A DNA stretch of 64,000 nucleotides from Gemmatales bacterium (GTDB lineage: Bacteria > Planctomycetota > Planctomycetia > Gemmatales > HRBIN36): assembly GCA_041640595.1 (NCBI GenBank), contig JBEPZY010000003.1:444342-508341 (forward strand). Reading direction: 5' to 3'. Under the pieces are notes generated by a model. The model did no database searches. It was not told the DNA's origin and saw nothing but the letters and a program-made list of their open reading frames with translations. Shown here piece after piece: positions 38,205-49,685 of this stretch (position 1 is the first letter of the stretch; every line of letters begins with the position of its first letter). A program made the position numbers and the translations under genes.

Positions 38205-38558
38205 TCACTCGCCGCTGTGTTCGCGCAAGTCGTCCAGGTTGGCCTGACACACCTGACAGCCGATCACCTCCAGGTGAAACCGGCAATAATCGGCGACAGC
38301 TTTGGGGAGTTCGTTGGCCAGATACAACGCCCACTCTTCGCGGCTGGGACAGCTGATCTGAAACCGCCGCCAGATGGCCCCGACGCTGTGTTCTCCCTGA
38401 TCGCGGCGGGCCATCAATTCCGCCAGTTGCCGGCGCAATTCCGGATCGGCACGCAATGCTGACTCGATCCGCGCCATTTCGCTGTCGGTCAGCGTTTCCT
38501 CCAGGAACGCTTCCAGGTCCTGCAACGTAACAGCGGGCTGCTGACTGCTGGTGTTCAT
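38205..38558 (-). CDS. Soluble anti-sigma factor-like protein with a ZAS-like motif
   Basis: ATGA overlap with the sigma gene; C-terminal CP...FHLEVIGCQVC. Confidence 0.7.
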   Translation of the reverse strand: MNTSSQQPAVTLQDLEAFLEETLTDSEMARIESALRADPELRRQLAELMARRDQGEHSVGAIWRRFQISCPSREEWALYLANELPKAVADYCRFHLEVIGCQVCQANLDDLREHSGE

Positions 38559-39208
38559 CCTGCTTCCTCGGAGAGGCACTGTGGCTGCAGTTCGGGAAAG
38601 ACGTCGGGATTGAGCTGGCGTTGTCGCAACAATTCCCGCAGGCGTTCCAGTGCGGCAAAACGGATATTGGCCACCCGCTGCGGTTCGATATGCAGGCAGG
38701 CGGCCACCTGGCGGTTCGGCCAGCCTTTGACCAGGAGCAACTCCATCACCTTGAGCTTTTCGTATTCACCGCGGCGTTTCCATTCGCCCACCAGTTGAGC
38801 GAGGGCATCGGCTAAGGCCCGGCTTTCCAGTTCCCGACGTTCCTGGCTGCGAAATTGAGTGGATGGTCCGCTTCGGTTCGACGCCAGGTTCCAGCCAGGA
38901 TTTTCTTCCTGGAGTTGCTGCAAGGGATGCCGGCCGGACTTACGCAAACGGTCAATGATTTTGTTGCGCAAAACGCTGAACAGGAAGGTTTGCAGGTCCC
39001 AACTTTGCGAAAGATGCAAAGCGGCGTTATGCAGAGCCAGGAAGGTTTCCTGCACGACATCGCGAGCTTCTTCGGCATCGCGCAAGCGTCGTCGCGCACA
39101 GGCGAGCAATCGGCCCTCGTATCGCGCCACCAGCTGCGACCAGGCTTGTGCATCGCCGCTTCGAATCCGCTCCAGCAACCAGCGATCGGAAAGCGATGTG
39201 CCTACCAT
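38555..39208 (-). CDS. ECF RNA polymerase sigma factor
   Basis: GDAQAWSQLVARY, ARDVVQETF, RNKIIDRLRK and a region-4 HTH. Confidence 0.9.
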   Translation of the reverse strand: MVGTSLSDRWLLERIRSGDAQAWSQLVARYEGRLLACARRRLRDAEEARDVVQETFLALHNAALHLSQSWDLQTFLFSVLRNKIIDRLRKSGRHPLQQLQEENPGWNLASNRSGPSTQFRSQERRELESRALADALAQLVGEWKRRGEYEKLKVMELLLVKGWPNRQVAACLHIEPQRVANIRFAALERLRELLRQRQLNPDVFPELQPQCLSEEAG

Positions 39209-39370
39209 CGGGGTTTCCTTCACCGCTGCCAGGGCACCTTTGTCTATATGCTACGCGTCGCCCCAGAACCGATGCAGGGCACACGCTCCTTGCTAACATG
39301 AACACAACCGTAACCGATCAGACACGCAACATCGCCATCTCACCGAGAGACGGCAGGCTTTCATGGCAAG

Positions 39371-39466
39371 CCGACGGTCCGCTCACGTTCTGCTCTTTCC
39401 GGGAACTTCCGGAAGCCAACGCTAGCTGAGTTGCCCCCGACCACCTGCTAACGTTCTGCTCTACCC
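39371..39466. repeat. Direct-repeat doublet E (30 bp, 23/30 identical, 36-bp insert)
   Basis: 39371-39400 versus 39437-39466, with core GCTMACGTTCTGCTCT. Confidence 0.55.
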
Positions 39467-39874
39467 CTGCTGGCTATCAGTGCGTGTTGGGAAATCGTCA
39501 CCGGCCAGGGTTGCCCTGGCAAAAATCGGCTGGCCGACGGACGAGGGGATAAAAGCCTTGCCTGCATTGACCGGACCTGGGGCATGACCGCACCTGCTGC
39601 GCGCTCAGGAGAGGCGAAGAAACAAAGGCCTTGCTTACGATTGGCCGGGTCATTAGAAAGAAATTAACGTGGCTTGGATCCACCGCAAAGTTTGCCCAGG
39701 GCGGGGGTAATCATGGTCAGCGATAGTCCTGAGCTTGCCGCGGGGAAACGAACAGGAACCGATCATCCGGGTCACCGTGTGCGCACCACTCAAGCCATCG
39801 GTTCTCCTTCCGGCCAGGTTGGTCGCTCGTCCCCACCGCTACCGATGGTTTGCAATCGGATGGTGAGCCCGGGA

Positions 39875-40270
39875 ATGTGCCGGTGGGCTGCCATAACCAT
39901 CATGGTGTGCCTGGTGATCCATGTGCCGGCGATGTGTCTGCAGGAAAAACCCAAGTCGCCGCCGCAGGTTACGCTACAGCAGATGCGAACCCTGGTGCAA
40001 CGACACCTCGAGCTAATCCAGGCAAAGAAAGCCGAGGACCTGCAGCGTCATTTCACGCCTCGCCTCCGCGAACACATTACTCCGGAGCTGTTGCAGGAGG
40101 TGCAACCCCGGCTGGCGAAAGCGAAAGTTGAGGAGCTGGTCGCGGAAATCCGCCAGCTTGAGAAAAATGGCCGACACCTGGTGATCGTTCGCAGAAACAA
40201 TGGACGGCTACTGACGGTGTTTGTCTGGCACCATGATCAATGGTTGGCCGATACGCTTTGGTTCCGTTAG
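39875..40270 (+). CDS. Small secreted hypothetical protein (NTF2-like pattern possible)
   Basis: Signal peptide; helices then beta strands ending WLADTLWFR. Confidence 0.6.
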   Translation: MCRWAAITIMVCLVIHVPAMCLQEKPKSPPQVTLQQMRTLVQRHLELIQAKKAEDLQRHFTPRLREHITPELLQEVQPRLAKAKVEELVAEIRQLEKNGRHLVIVRRNNGRLLTVFVWHHDQWLADTLWFR

Positions 40271-40339
40271 CTCTCACTATCGGTCGCCAGGGAGTATCTA
40301 GCCTTACGGTTGGCGGATAGGCTTTGGTTCCGCAAGCTC
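40242..40339. repeat. Direct-repeat doublet F (32 bp, 28/32 identical, 34-bp insert) duplicating a gene 3' end
   Basis: GGTTGGCCGATACGCTTTGGTTCCGTTAGCTC versus GGTTGGCGGATAGGCTTTGGTTCCGCAAGCTC. Confidence 0.85.
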
Positions 40340-40761
40340 CCCTGTTTCTACGGGGGACAACCGGACACCATCGGGTCGAAACGGTTGCCAGCACCGGGTC
40401 GGAAACGACCCCAATCGGGTTGCCCGTGGGCATCGCAGCATGCATTACCGCCACCGTCGCCAACGCGGCCTTACGAAAACGTTACTCGCCAGGTGAACGT
40501 TTTATCCCGGGCAGCTCATGCCATCGCGATCTGCTCGTTGGAAAACCTGCCCAGCCCGATTAGCTGTCTGCGTCAATAAAGCAGTGTGCTTCCCTCATTA
40601 TGGGTGCCCGACGAATCCACGCGGGAGCATAATTTGCCGGCAGTCGTAAACTGGCAGGGGAGGTTGTATGCCGTCCGTGCATGCGTTGATCGCCGATAGT
40701 CGCCTGGTGCGTACAATGCTGGCAGATTCCCATCGGCTACTCACAGTAACGGAGAGGCCGC

Positions 40762-41505
40762 ATGCACATTTACAGCTCCCTTTGTGACGACTTCGGAATC
40801 TTCTGCTCCCTGGCGACGGAACTACCGTTTCCGACCAACCGTGAAACCGTCCTGAGCTTTTTCGAGGCGTTGCAGAAGGAGTTTCCGCAGTTGCGTCACT
40901 TTTACGCCCGCGAGGCCGACGAATTCGCGCTGGAACAGGACAAAACCGAGGACACCTACGCTTCGGTGACGCTGGAGTTGCGGCGGTTGAGTTGCGGCCA
41001 GCACAATCCGAGTTCGTTCAGCGATGTGGATACCCTGGTGGAACGGGTGCTGGAACTGGCCCCGTATTACCTCAATCTTTCGCCGCTCGACCTCACCGCT
41101 GTGGACGTGCTGTTCGGCTTCGACCTGGTTTATAACGGCAACCACGATGCGGTGGTGCTGGAGGCATTGGGTGCGGCACCCTGGATGGAAGGATTGCTGC
41201 ACATCCCGGAAGCGAAAGTGCTGAACTATCAACCAGCCCTGACCCTGGGCCTGGACGAAACCTATCGCCTGCAATGCCGTTTGCAAATCGAGACCCGCAC
41301 TACCACCTATCAGGTGCGAACCGGCGAATTTCACGACGAACCGATCAGCGTTTATTTCAGCATTCGCCAATACCGTCATGGCGAACCGATCAAAAACCTG
41401 CCGGAGACCTATCGCCGACTCCGTGAAGAAGGGCAGGAACTCGTCGAACAGTATGTCATTCCCCAGGTAGTCCGACCGCTGGCTCAGGCTATCGGGGCCA
41501 AGTGA
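40762..41505 (+). CDS. Hypothetical protein
   Basis: GGAG RBS; typical codon usage; adjacent to the aminotransferase gene. Confidence 0.75.
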   Translation: MHIYSSLCDDFGIFCSLATELPFPTNRETVLSFFEALQKEFPQLRHFYAREADEFALEQDKTEDTYASVTLELRRLSCGQHNPSSFSDVDTLVERVLELAPYYLNLSPLDLTAVDVLFGFDLVYNGNHDAVVLEALGAAPWMEGLLHIPEAKVLNYQPALTLGLDETYRLQCRLQIETRTTTYQVRTGEFHDEPISVYFSIRQYRHGEPIKNLPETYRRLREEGQELVEQYVIPQVVRPLAQAIGAK

Positions 41506-41516
41506 GGAAGCACACG

Positions 41517-42806
41517 ATGCCGCTGCGCAGTGTCTTTGCCAGCAACTTGCGTGCGGAGACGGCATTTACTGTGCTTGCGGTAGCGCAGCGACTGGCAGCG
41601 CAGGGCAAGGAAATCGTCGGGTTGCATATCGGCGATAGTCCGTTTCCCAGCCCGCGGGTTGCCGAGGAAGCCGCTATTAACGCCATCCGACAGGGCCAGA
41701 CGCATTATTGCCAGTCGGGCGGTTTGCCGGAAGTACGGGCCGGGATTGCGCGCTGGTATCAACGTGAATTCGGCGTAACGGTCAGCCCGGAGCAGGTTGT
41801 CGTTGGCCCCGGTGCCAAGATTTTCGAGCAGCTGTTTTGTGAAGCTGTCCTCGACCCAGGGGATGATGTCCTGGTGTTCAGCCCGTATTTTCCGACCTAT
41901 CCCCCGAATATCGCACGGCGAGAAGGGCGGTTGTGGCTGGCCAACCTGCGTGCCGATCGGCAATTTCGCCCCGATCCCGCGGAGGTGGAACGCTTCCTGC
42001 GACAGGCCCGCCGTCCCAAAGCGATATTCCTCAATTCGCCCCACAATCCGACCGGCGGCGTCGCCACTGCTGAAGACCTGCAAGCCATCGTTCAGCTGGT
42101 GCGTGGCCGCGACATTGCTATTTTCAGCGACGAACCCTATTGCCACATGGTCTGGCAGGGCCGGCATCATACCCCCTTGCAGTGGCCCGACGCCGTGGAC
42201 CAAACCGTCGCTGCTTATACGTTGAGCAAATCGTACAGCATGAGTGGCTGGCGGATCGGTTTTGCCGTGGCTGGTCGTGAATTGGCTGCCACCCTGGAGA
42301 CCCTGGTCAATACCAATCTCTCCTGCACGCCGCCATTCGTGCAACTGGCAGCGCTGGCGGCTCTGGAGCACGGCCAGCAGGAGCGCGATCAAGCGATGGC
42401 TCAGTTTCGCCGCAAAGTCGAAATTCTTGTGCGTGGTCTGCAACGCATTGACGGCATCCGTGTCGCCATGCCCGCCGGAACCTTTTACGCTTTTCCCGAT
42501 GTCAGCGTCTGGTGTCGGCGTTACGGAATTACCTCGCACGGTCTGGCCATGTATCTGCTGGAAGGAGCGGACGACTATTTCGGTGTGGCATGCCTCGGCG
42601 GCGAATGTTTCGGTGAGGCCGGGCTGGGCTATATCCGCTTCAGTTGTGCCGAGCCAGACCAGCGAATCGAACAGGCGGTGGCTTTCCTGGCGGATGCCCT
42701 GCAACGTAGCCATCGCGTGCAGAAGTATCTGCAGGAGCATCCGCAATACGCGCTTGCCGAAGCCTTGTCCGCGAGAAGCCATGTTGCCGGTTTGACAGTC
42801 GGATGA
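41517..42806 (+). CDS. PLP-dependent aminotransferase class I/II
   Basis: NSPHNPTG, SDEPY and SKSYSMSGWRIG. Confidence 0.92.
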   Translation: MPLRSVFASNLRAETAFTVLAVAQRLAAQGKEIVGLHIGDSPFPSPRVAEEAAINAIRQGQTHYCQSGGLPEVRAGIARWYQREFGVTVSPEQVVVGPGAKIFEQLFCEAVLDPGDDVLVFSPYFPTYPPNIARREGRLWLANLRADRQFRPDPAEVERFLRQARRPKAIFLNSPHNPTGGVATAEDLQAIVQLVRGRDIAIFSDEPYCHMVWQGRHHTPLQWPDAVDQTVAAYTLSKSYSMSGWRIGFAVAGRELAATLETLVNTNLSCTPPFVQLAALAALEHGQQERDQAMAQFRRKVEILVRGLQRIDGIRVAMPAGTFYAFPDVSVWCRRYGITSHGLAMYLLEGADDYFGVACLGGECFGEAGLGYIRFSCAEPDQRIEQAVAFLADALQRSHRVQKYLQEHPQYALAEALSARSHVAGLTVG

Positions 42807-42925
42807 CACACCATGCGCGATTGGCGACCAGGTAACTGTGCCATCGCCAGAATTAACCGTCCGACGGCCGCTTCCCGCTGAGCATCGGTGAGAGCGACTG
42901 GTTGGTAATCATCTGGCCTGTCAGC

Positions 42926-43744
42926 ATGCAACCGTGCCTGAGCCAGACCTTGACTCTGCAATGCAGCTTTCTCGAAGACGTGCAGCATTTTGCCGCTGCC
43001 GGCGCTCAGGCTATGGTCGTCTGGCTGACGAAACTGGAGCAAGCCGTTGCTGCTTACGGTCTGGAACGTCTCCGGGAAGCGCTGGGGCAACGGCAACTGC
43101 GCGCCGTCGCTGCTGCTGGTCAGGGCGGGTTATTCTCCGCTAGGGGTGAGCAGCGGCGTCTGGCGTTCGACCAGTTTCAGAAGCGGCTGGGATTGTGCCA
43201 GGCATTGGGCATTGAAACGGTGATCGTGGCTTGCGATTTCCCTCACATTGCCGAAGCCGGTGACTGGGAACAGGCCCTGAGGCAATTGCGACTCACCGCT
43301 CAACTGGCCGCCAGTTATCAGATTCGTCTGGCCCTGGAACCGCAAGGACGGGCTGCGTTTTGCGCCAGCCTCGATACCCTGGTGCGAGTGGTGGAAAGCT
43401 GCGGCGAGGCGAATGTCGGCGTCAACCTGGACGTGTTCCAGTACTATATCGGCCCGAGCAAACCCGAAGACCTGGCTTTGCTGACAGCCAGCAATCTCTA
43501 TTTTGTGGAACTGAGCGATCTGGCCGGCATACCCCGGGAATGGGCCCTGGATCGACACCGAATTTTACCGGGCGACGGTGAATTCCACCTTCAGCCGATT
43601 CTGGATCACTTGCGTCGCATTGGCTATCGCGGTTACGTCGCCGTCGAAGCCCCCAACCCCGACTTCTGGAGCATGAATCCGGTGCGGGTCGCCGAAACCG
43701 CCTTGCGGGCTTTAGAACGTCTCCTGCAAACGAAAAACGAGTAA
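42926..43744 (+). CDS. Sugar phosphate isomerase/epimerase (xylose-isomerase-like TIM barrel)
   Basis: LALEP, NLDVFQ, RILPGDG and GYVAVE. Confidence 0.85.
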   Translation: MQPCLSQTLTLQCSFLEDVQHFAAAGAQAMVVWLTKLEQAVAAYGLERLREALGQRQLRAVAAAGQGGLFSARGEQRRLAFDQFQKRLGLCQALGIETVIVACDFPHIAEAGDWEQALRQLRLTAQLAASYQIRLALEPQGRAAFCASLDTLVRVVESCGEANVGVNLDVFQYYIGPSKPEDLALLTASNLYFVELSDLAGIPREWALDRHRILPGDGEFHLQPILDHLRRIGYRGYVAVEAPNPDFWSMNPVRVAETALRALERLLQTKNE

Positions 43745-43750
43745 CCCGCC

Positions 43751-43857
43751 TTTCTGTTCGACCGCTTCCAGACCAGATGCGGCCCATGAAAACTGTCCTG
43801 GACTCGCTTAGAGAAGGCCCCAAGGTTTGTGTTCGACCGCATCAGACCAGATACGGC
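43751..43857. repeat. Direct-repeat doublet G (about 33 bp with one indel, 42-bp insert)
   Basis: TTTCTGTTCGACCGCTTCCAGACCAGATGCGGC versus TTTGTGTTCGACCGCATCAGACCAGATACGGC. Confidence 0.8.
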
Positions 43858-44256
43858 GAATGGCCAAGGGGACAATGATTCGCGCCCACTTTGAAACAGC
43901 GGCATGATGAATTATGCCGCACCCCTGATTTTGGAATGGCCGGGCACAATGGTTGGCCGACCGGTGTTTCCGGCGCTGGGCAGGCGTAATTGTGGATACC
44001 CCGGACACGATGAGCGGTGTTACCGGAGCCGCTCAAAGCCTGACACCGGAAAGACGCGATGGAATCGTTCGCCGGGCGGGAACTGCTGTCGGTGAATGTG
44101 CGTATAATGTTTGGTGGCAGACCGGTACCCGGCAGGGCTGCCGACCGGTTTCGTTTGCTGAACTTGCCGGGTTGTATTGACCAGCCAGGCACAGGAGCGT
44201 AGATTGGCGGCTAAGTTAGTGGCGTCATTATCGGCCAGCACATTCGGACAATCGCC

Positions 44257-47200
44257 ATGACAGCATCCACAACTTCGTCTGCGAAAGAACCGATGACTTC
44301 CGCCCATCAGGACAATTTGCCGCAGGACATCAGCATCTGGGAGAAAATCGGCGACGCTATCGGAGCGTTTTCGGAATCTGCCGTCCGCTGGCTGACGCGG
44401 TTGCTCGGTTCCAGCAACGATCGAGCTTTGCGCGCTCTGGGCTATCGCAAGACGGGCGACCCGGAAAAGCCATACGAGGTAGTTCCCGGCTCGCTGCTGG
44501 CCCGCATCAACGATCTGGAACCACGCATGCGGGAACTGAGCAACGAAGAGTTACGCAGTCTGGGCGCGCAGTGGAAACAGCGCGTCGCCAATGGGGAATC
44601 TCTGGACGATTTGCTGGTGGAAGTGTTCGCGGCGGTTCGGGAGTCGGCGCGGCGTTATAAGGACATGCGGCATTTCGATGTGCAGATTCTGGGCGGCATT
44701 GTCCTGCACCAGGGGAAAATCGCGGAAATGGCCACCGGCGAAGGTAAAACGCTGGTGGCGACACTCCCGGCTGTCCTGAACGCTCTGACCGGCGAAGGGG
44801 TGCATATCGTTACGGTCAACGACTACCTTGCCCGCCGCGACTGCGAATGGATGACGCCGATTTATCAGGGCGTCGGTATCACCGCCGGCTATATTCAATC
44901 GGACATGGATGCGCCGCAACGGCGTCGCGCTTACGAATGCGACATCACCTACGGGACTAATAGCGAGTTCGGCTTCGACTACCTTCGCGATAACATGAAG
45001 CCCGCGCGGTGGGGCGATCCCCGCTATCCTCCCTACATGCAGCAGTGTCAGCGGGGCTTGAATTACGCGATCATTGACGAGGTGGATAACATCCTCATTG
45101 ACGAAGCCCGCACGCCGCTGATCATCTCCGGCCCGGCGTTCGGAGACATTCAAAAGTTCATCATCGCCGACCGCGTCGCCCGCCAGCTCAAACCGGGCGT
45201 GCATTTCGAGATCAAGGAAAAGGAACATGCCTGCCCGTTGACCGAGGAAGGCATCCGCGAGGCGGAACGTCTGGTCGGGGTCGAGAGTTTCTACACCGCC
45301 GGTAATATGGAATGGCCGCACCTGATTGACAACGCCCTCAAGGCCCACCACCTCTACAAGCGCGATAAGCATTACGTGGTCATGCCCCACCCGGAAACCG
45401 GGGAAATGAGCGTGATCATCGTGGACGAGTTTACCGGTCGGTTAATGATTGGCCGGCAGTGGAGCGATGGTCTGCACCAGGCCGTGGAGGCCAAAGAAGG
45501 TGTGCCCATCAAACAGGAAACGCAGACCCTGGCCACCATCACCTTGCAGAATTTCTTCCGTTTGTACAAGAAAATCGCCGGGATGACCGGTACGGCCATG
45601 ACCGAAGCCGATGAGTTCTGGAAAATCTACAAACTCGAAGTCGTGGCCATTCCCACCAACAAGCCCTTGCGACGCATCAATTACCCCGACGTGATCTTCC
45701 GCACCGAACGGGAAAAGTGGAACGCCGTCGTGGAAGAGATCGTGGAGGTGCACAAAACCGGCCGACCGATCCTCGTCGGCACCGTTTCGGTGGAGAAATC
45801 CGAAAAGCTGGGGGAAATGCTGAAACGGCGTGGCATCAAGTTTGAATTGCTCAACGCCAAACCCGAAAATGCCGCTCGTGAAGCTGAGATTATCGCTCAG
45901 GCTGGCCGCATCGGAGCGGTGACCATCGCCACCAACATGGCCGGTCGCGGCACCGACATTATTCTGGGGGGCAATCCCGAATTCCTTGCCTGGGCCAAAC
46001 TCCGCCATCAGTATCCCAGCCGACTCGATGTTCCTCCCGACATCTGGAAGAAAACTGTCGAGGAAATCGAAGCCCAGGAGAAGATGAAAGAAGAAGGCCG
46101 CAAGGTTGCCGAACTGGGCGGCCTGCACGTCATCGGTACGGAGCGGCATGAGGCTCGCCGGATTGATAATCAGTTGCGGGGTCGTGCCGGTCGTCAGGGC
46201 GATCCTGGCTCCAGTCGCTTTTTCCTCTCTCTGGAAGACGACCTGATGCGGATTTTCGCCGGCGACTGGGTCAAAAAGGTGCTCACCGCCCTGGGCATGA
46301 AAGAGGGCGAATGCATCGAAAGCCCGATGGTCAGCCGCCAGATCGCCAAAGCCCAGAAACGAGTCGAGGAACGCAACTTCGACATCCGCAAGAACCTCCT
46401 CGAATACGACGAGGTCATGGATTTGCAACGGCGGCGGGTGTACGGCTATCGCCAGGAGTTGCTCGAGGGTGCCAACGGTCGGCTGCGCATCCTGCAAATG
46501 ATGCGACAACAGATCGAGAAGGCGGTCGCCCGTTATCTCGATGAAAACTACCCGGCGGAATCGTTCGCCGCCTATGCCAGTTCGCGTTTCGGCGTGGAAC
46601 TGGAAGCGGATGATTTTCGTCGTTGTACTTTTGATGAGGCCCAGCGGATCGCCCGCGACCGTGCCCAAAGCCTGGCTGTGAGCTTGTTGCAGGACCAGAT
46701 CGAAGAATGTTTCAATCCAGCTGAGGACCGGGCGGACTGGAAATGGGAGGCGTTCCGGAAATTCCTCCTGTCGCGCTGGAACATTCAATGGAGCATCCGC
46801 AAACTGCAAGAGACGGACCGCGACGAGCTCGTCGAAAAACTCCTGCCGGAAATCACCGCCTATATCGAAAAGCTCGACCTGCAGGAAGGAGCCGCCTTTT
46901 TTGACCCGGACTATGGGCTGAAAAGTTTGTGCGAGTGGGCGAATCGGAAGTTTGTGCTCGGATTGAAGCTGGAGGAACTGCGCAACAAGCAGGCGGAAGA
47001 ACTGGTGGAGTTGCTCTACCAGCGGTGCCTGGAAATGTACCGCCGGCGCGATGTGGAGTTTCCGGTGCAAGTCGGTCTGGCTCGTTTTCTCCCCGAACGA
47101 TCCGTTCTGGGTGTACCTCTCAATGACCGGGCCGGATTGCTGGCCTGGGCCCGGCAACGCTTTGCCCCGGCGGCAGAGCTATTCAACGAGCACGATTTTG

Positions 47201-47934
47201 AGCATCTGTCGCGTGCCCAGTTAAAGGCCGTTTTGCTGGAAGCCAGCCAACGAACCTATCCGGCCGACGGCCTGGAGCAGATAGAGCGAAAACTCGCGGA
47301 AACCTTCGGCGAGCAGGAATCCTTGAGCGAATCCGACGCCGCTCGTCTGGCCGAATGGGCGCAGCAAACCTTGCAACTTCAGGTGCAGCCGCAGGATTTG
47401 CGTCATGTTGACCGCGACACCGCCCGGCAGGTGCTGGCTAATGCCTTTGACGACCGCTACCGGCCCGAAATGCGAACCATGGAGCGCTCCCTTATCCTCA
47501 ACGTCCTCGACTCCGCCTGGAAAGACCACCTGTACGCGATGGATTATTTGCGGGCCGGTGTCGGGCTGGTCGGTTATGCCCAGATCGATCCCAAGACCGA
47601 ATACAAGCGGCAGGGAATGAAACAGTTCGAGGTGATGTGGGAAAATGTTGCCGACCGCGTCACCGATCTCGTCTTCCGTATGGAAGAAGGCGGCGACGAA
47701 GTAATGGAAACGGTCTGGCACATCACCGCCACCACCCACGAATCGCCGCCTCCGGTTCTTTCCGCCGATAGCATTCGGGCGCAGCAGCAGGAGGCGATAG
47801 CCAATTCGCAACGGGGCGAGGCCAAGAAGACCGAGCCGATTCGCAACACTGCCCCGCGCGTCGGACGCAACGATCCATGCCCGTGCGGCAGCGGCAAGAA
47901 GTACAAACATTGCTGCCTCAAGGCACGCTCCTGA
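44257..47934 (+). CDS. secA: Preprotein translocase SecA (expanded, 1225 aa)
   Basis: [36 protein letters not shown] and SEC-C motif [13 protein letters not shown]. Confidence 0.97.
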   Translation: MTASTTSSAKEPMTSAHQDNLPQDISIWEKIGDAIGAFSESAVRWLTRLLGSSNDRALRALGYRKTGDPEKPYEVVPGSLLARINDLEPRMRELSNEELRSLGAQWKQRVANGESLDDLLVEVFAAVRESARRYKDMRHFDVQILGGIVLHQGKIAEMATGEGKTLVATLPAVLNALTGEGVHIVTVNDYLARRDCEWMTPIYQGVGITAGYIQSDMDAPQRRRAYECDITYGTNSEFGFDYLRDNMKPARWGDPRYPPYMQQCQRGLNYAIIDEVDNILIDEARTPLIISGPAFGDIQKFIIADRVARQLKPGVHFEIKEKEHACPLTEEGIREAERLVGVESFYTAGNMEWPHLIDNALKAHHLYKRDKHYVVMPHPETGEMSVIIVDEFTGRLMIGRQWSDGLHQAVEAKEGVPIKQETQTLATITLQNFFRLYKKIAGMTGTAMTEADEFWKIYKLEVVAIPTNKPLRRINYPDVIFRTEREKWNAVVEEIVEVHKTGRPILVGTVSVEKSEKLGEMLKRRGIKFELLNAKPENAAREAEIIAQAGRIGAVTIATNMAGRGTDIILGGNPEFLAWAKLRHQYPSRLDVPPDIWKKTVEEIEAQEKMKEEGRKVAELGGLHVIGTERHEARRIDNQLRGRAGRQGDPGSSRFFLSLEDDLMRIFAGDWVKKVLTALGMKEGECIESPMVSRQIAKAQKRVEERNFDIRKNLLEYDEVMDLQRRRVYGYRQELLEGANGRLRILQMMRQQIEKAVARYLDENYPAESFAAYASSRFGVELEADDFRRCTFDEAQRIARDRAQSLAVSLLQDQIEECFNPAEDRADWKWEAFRKFLLSRWNIQWSIRKLQETDRDELVEKLLPEITAYIEKLDLQEGAAFFDPDYGLKSLCEWANRKFVLGLKLEELRNKQAEELVELLYQRCLEMYRRRDVEFPVQVGLARFLPERSVLGVPLNDRAGLLAWARQRFAPAAELFNEHDFEHLSRAQLKAVLLEASQRTYPADGLEQIERKLAETFGEQESLSESDAARLAEWAQQTLQLQVQPQDLRHVDRDTARQVLANAFDDRYRPEMRTMERSLILNVLDSAWKDHLYAMDYLRAGVGLVGYAQIDPKTEYKRQGMKQFEVMWENVADRVTDLVFRMEEGGDEVMETVWHITATTHESPPPVLSADSIRAQQQEAIANSQRGEAKKTEPIRNTAPRVGRNDPCPCGSGKKYKHCCLKARS

Positions 47935-47989
47935 CACTTCCCGGCCGCCACAACGGATTGCTGGCCATCTCCGGACAGGATGTCCCCTT

Positions 47990-49354
47990 ATGCCCAACCT
48001 GCTCGATGCCCTCTACGCGCTGGCCCTGATGGGTGTTAGCCCCTGGCTGTTGTGGCAGCGTTGGCGTTACGGCAAATATCGCCGCGGTATGTGGCAGAAA
48101 CTGACCGGCTCTTTGCCACCCCGCCCCGAGCCTGGACCGTGTTTGTGGCTGCACGCCGTTAGCGTCGGGGAAGTGTTACTTTTACGTCCGTTTCTGGCAC
48201 AACTTCGCCACCAGTATCCGCACTGGCAAGTGTACCTGACCGTGGGCACGGAAAGCGGTCTGGAAATGGCCCGCCGACACTTTCCGGATCTGCTTACCAC
48301 ATTCGCTCCCGCAGATTTCACCTGGGCCATTCGCCAGGCTTTCGACCGCATTCGGCCCGACCTGATTTTGCTGACCGAAGTGGAACTCTGGCCCAACTGG
48401 CTGGCGGAAGCGCGACGCCGCCAGGTGCCTGTAGCCGTGATCAATGGCCGGCTCAGTCCCCGCAGTTTTCACCGCTACCGCTGGCTGGGCCGTGCTTTTG
48501 CTCGCTACACTGCCGCTATCCGATTGTGGGCCATGCAAAACCAACTCTACGCCGAGCGTTTACGCCAGCTCCACATACCGGCGGAACGAATTGCGGTCAC
48601 CGGTTCGATGAAATTCGATGGCCTGAACCGAGCAGGTATCAGCACGCAGACACGCACACTGGCCGAATTGTTTGGGCTGAGCCAGCCCGATGATCCCGGG
48701 AAAACCGAAATGGTTTGGGTCGCCGGCAGCACCCAGGAACCGGAAGAACGAATCGTGCTCGATGTTTATCGAAGCTTGCTCAAACGTTTCCCAGGTCTGC
48801 GACTCATCCTGGTGCCGCGCCATCCGGAACGTTGTCCGGAGCTGGCGCGCTGGATGGAATCGTCTGGCTGGACGGTGATTCGCCGCAGCACCCTGGGACA
48901 GACAACCGAGCGTTCCCGCTCCCTCGACCCCGCGTGTCCGGGCAACTCTCCGCAACAATCTCCGCCCGTTATCCTTGTGGACACCCTGGGGGAACTCATC
49001 CACGTCTGGGGTCTGGCGGACGTCGCTTTTGTCGGTGGCAGTTTCGGCAACCGCGGCGGGCAGAACATGCTGGAACCCGCGGCCCTGGGCGTGGCGGTGG
49101 TTTTCGGCCCCAATGTTTGGAATTTCCAGGATGTTGCCGAGCAACTGTGTCATCACCGGGCCGCACGCCAGGTTCTTTCCCCGCAGGAGTTGGAAGCCGC
49201 TTTATCGGAACTGTTATCCACACCCTATCTCCGCCAGGAAATCGGACACCGAGCTCGCCAGTTCGTGCAAACGCAGCAAGGCGCTGTCCTTCGCACACTA
49301 ACGACTTTACAACCATTGCTCGATCATTCAACCGCCCGCACCCAAGCCGCCTGA
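47990..49354 (+). CDS. waaA: Kdo transferase
   Basis: WLHAVSVGE, EVELWPN, VPRHPER and GGQNMLEPA. Confidence 0.93.
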   Translation: MPNLLDALYALALMGVSPWLLWQRWRYGKYRRGMWQKLTGSLPPRPEPGPCLWLHAVSVGEVLLLRPFLAQLRHQYPHWQVYLTVGTESGLEMARRHFPDLLTTFAPADFTWAIRQAFDRIRPDLILLTEVELWPNWLAEARRRQVPVAVINGRLSPRSFHRYRWLGRAFARYTAAIRLWAMQNQLYAERLRQLHIPAERIAVTGSMKFDGLNRAGISTQTRTLAELFGLSQPDDPGKTEMVWVAGSTQEPEERIVLDVYRSLLKRFPGLRLILVPRHPERCPELARWMESSGWTVIRRSTLGQTTERSRSLDPACPGNSPQQSPPVILVDTLGELIHVWGLADVAFVGGSFGNRGGQNMLEPAALGVAVVFGPNVWNFQDVAEQLCHHRAARQVLSPQELEAALSELLSTPYLRQEIGHRARQFVQTQQGAVLRTLTTLQPLLDHSTARTQAA

Positions 49355-49685
49355 GAGCTGCCGACCTGTTCAGTCCGCCGTTACAATGCGTTTTTTCGAC
49401 ACTTGCAGCATTCGATGGGCTGTCCAAACCCAGGTTCTTTCCGGCAGATGCGAATTTCCCACCATTTTTTAGCCGAAAAGGATGCCAGCCGGATGAGCAA
49501 AACCTGGGCCGAATACGATGGCCTTCCAGGAAGCGAGCCATTCCAATCCCCAGGAAGACGGCCAGCCCCATCGCACAGAACACCCGTCATGTGGCAAGGA
49601 TGTAGTTCATTCGGCCCAGCCTGGCGGAATCTCTTTCCTGGCAAAAAGGTAACCTCCTGAACCCTCGAAGCAAAGGAGAAGGTCT

